Assembly: GCA_015680685.1 (NCBI GenBank)
Contig: MNCI01003226.1
Span: 1 to 64,000 of the forward strand
Length of the DNA: 64,000 nucleotides
Origin: Gnetum montanum
Taxonomy: Eukaryota > Plantae > Gnetophyta
Reading direction: 5' to 3'
Shown here: positions 62,414 through 64,000 of the stretch, piece by piece
How the letters are laid out: each line of letters opens with the position of its first letter
How positions within the stretch are numbered: position 1 is the first letter of the stretch
Notes under the pieces: generated by a model
Databases searched by the model: none
What the model was told of the DNA's origin: nothing
Seen by the model: only the letters and a program-made list of their open reading frames with translations
Program-made: the position numbers and the translations under genes

Positions 62414-63899
62414 TTCGGTTCCAGATCAAGATTTCTCCGGTAGCTCAAAATCCGTCTGGATCGCAAGAAACTTCAACAATAGAATCAAGCGATCCGAATT
62501 TACCAATCCCAGTCACCGCCAGGGCTATGGAATAGCAACACTTCCAAGTTGCAGCATTTACCCTCAATCTAAAAATATAATCCAAGAGAAGGTATCTTTC
62601 ACCTTGCCTTTCCCTTTCTGCTCAATCTTGGGGCGGAAGACTAAAAATTTGCAGAAAACGCATTTGTCATCTTTAGAATCTGCGAAAAATGAAATCTACT
62701 TACTCCAACCAAGCCCTACTTTAAAAAGTTAAATGTTAACCACTCGAGACGATTAAAATTCTTACCAGTATTGCATGCGGCTTTTGAGGGGACGAAAAAA
62801 TTATCCCGTGGCCGCAGAAATCAAAGAAAATTGAGAAAAAAAAAAGGAGAAGTGAATCGAATCGAGTTGCTTGAATCCAAGGAAGCAAGAAAAGAATCTA
62901 AATCATGAATACATGATAGTAATCATGCAATTTGCAGGGCAGCGATGATGACGATGATAAAAACCATAGGATTCTGTAGGCTTCTGTCTGTAGCGCTACT
63001 GAATAGTCACTGTTTACACTCTAACTTCTGACGCCGTTGATTCCGTGGTTTGGATTTGTAGCGTAGAAAGTGATTGTTTAAATTGCACAAGATTTCCTTT
63101 TCTGAGTTCTCATCGTCCAAATGCAAATCTAGCACTTATATAGCGTTTATGGCAGGACAGATGTGCAATGAATCATGAATGGTACGCTTCTGTCTTAAAG
63201 AATTCTCGCTCTGGCGCGCAGCGGGGAAATCGATAATCTTTGCTCAAATTTTAATTTAGAACACTTTGTTGCTGAGATTGGCTGGCATCCTTGTTGAACC
63301 ACTAAATTATGGAAAAGCAAACAATGAATAAAAGTATTCGTCACCCACATGTTATGAAAGAAAAACTTCTTATAAAATAGTCGTTAATCATAGGCTTAAT
63401 ACCTAAGCCTATGAACTTAAAAATAAGCAACTTACCATCATCTGCTAACATATTTGAAGTAGTTAAGGGTGTTAAAATCAAAGTACACTTTAAGAATTAT
63501 AAGATAAATATTTTTTAAAAAAATGTTTTGGGTTCCAACACCCCTTCTCCACCCACCCATTGATAAAAAAACAGATGAAACCACACACATACACACACAA
63601 AAGATATGGAGGAAAAGAAAGAAAGAAAGAAACCACACACACAAGATATGTGGTGCCATTGATAGGTGGCTTAAGTACATAGCTCATCATCTTAGTAAGA
63701 AGTTGCCATTTTGAGTTACACTTAATTAAAAAAAAAAAAAAAGAGAAAGAGATGTAATTAGAGCTTGCAATTTAAAAACATCTAAATGTCAAGTAAGATT
63801 AAGAACAATTGACACAGTAAAGATCTTCCAAAAGATATGCATCATTTTTTGGAGAATCTTGCTTTGATACAAATATTAGTATTAAGACACAACTCTCTA

Positions 63900-64000
63900 T
63901 CTTAATTTCAAAGCTCCAAGTCATGGGTTCAATTCTAGTGGGCAATGCTGAGTTATAAAGTTATAATTGGACTATAGATCTTGGGTTTTACCTATATTAC
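63900..64000 (+). mobile_element. second copy of SINE-like element (runs off the window)
   Basis: AAAGCTCCAAGTCATGGGTTCAATTCTAGTGGGCAATGCTGAGTTATAAAGTT matches ~53057-53140; good B box GGTTCAATTC. Confidence 0.7.

Overview
Eukaryotic, AT-rich land-plant genomic DNA with two assembly gaps (456-692, 8133-8248). Three intron-containing host genes: a secreted subtilase (+, 20943-26583), a mitochondrial-type MscS-like channel (MSL1-like, +, 45120-51074) and a DeSI/PPPDE peptidase (-, 55678-62413). About half of the window is Athila-type Ty3/Gypsy sequence. There are two full-length but decayed elements with paired LTRs, 5-bp TSDs and a tRNA-Asp PBS (E1 4250-18680 +; E2 27505-40804 -), two solo LTRs nested in older elements, and two more LTR remnants. 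RTE and RTE-X-like LINE fragments and tRNA-derived SINE-like repeats are scattered through introns and intergenic DNA. The most striking signal is regulatory. Every LTR carries a phased array of 8-bp CG-N4-CG palindromes; in the four LTR types where I measured it, the array ends 25-26 bp before the TATA box. The spacing is conserved across families while the core sequence is family-specific. Each full-length element repeats its own array in front of a second, internal TATA box upstream of an accessory ORF that looks nuclear and coiled-coil rather than envelope-like. This suggests an element-encoded transactivator or anti-silencing circuit with two promoters (a hypothesis, not shown). All coordinates were read by eye and no searches were run.
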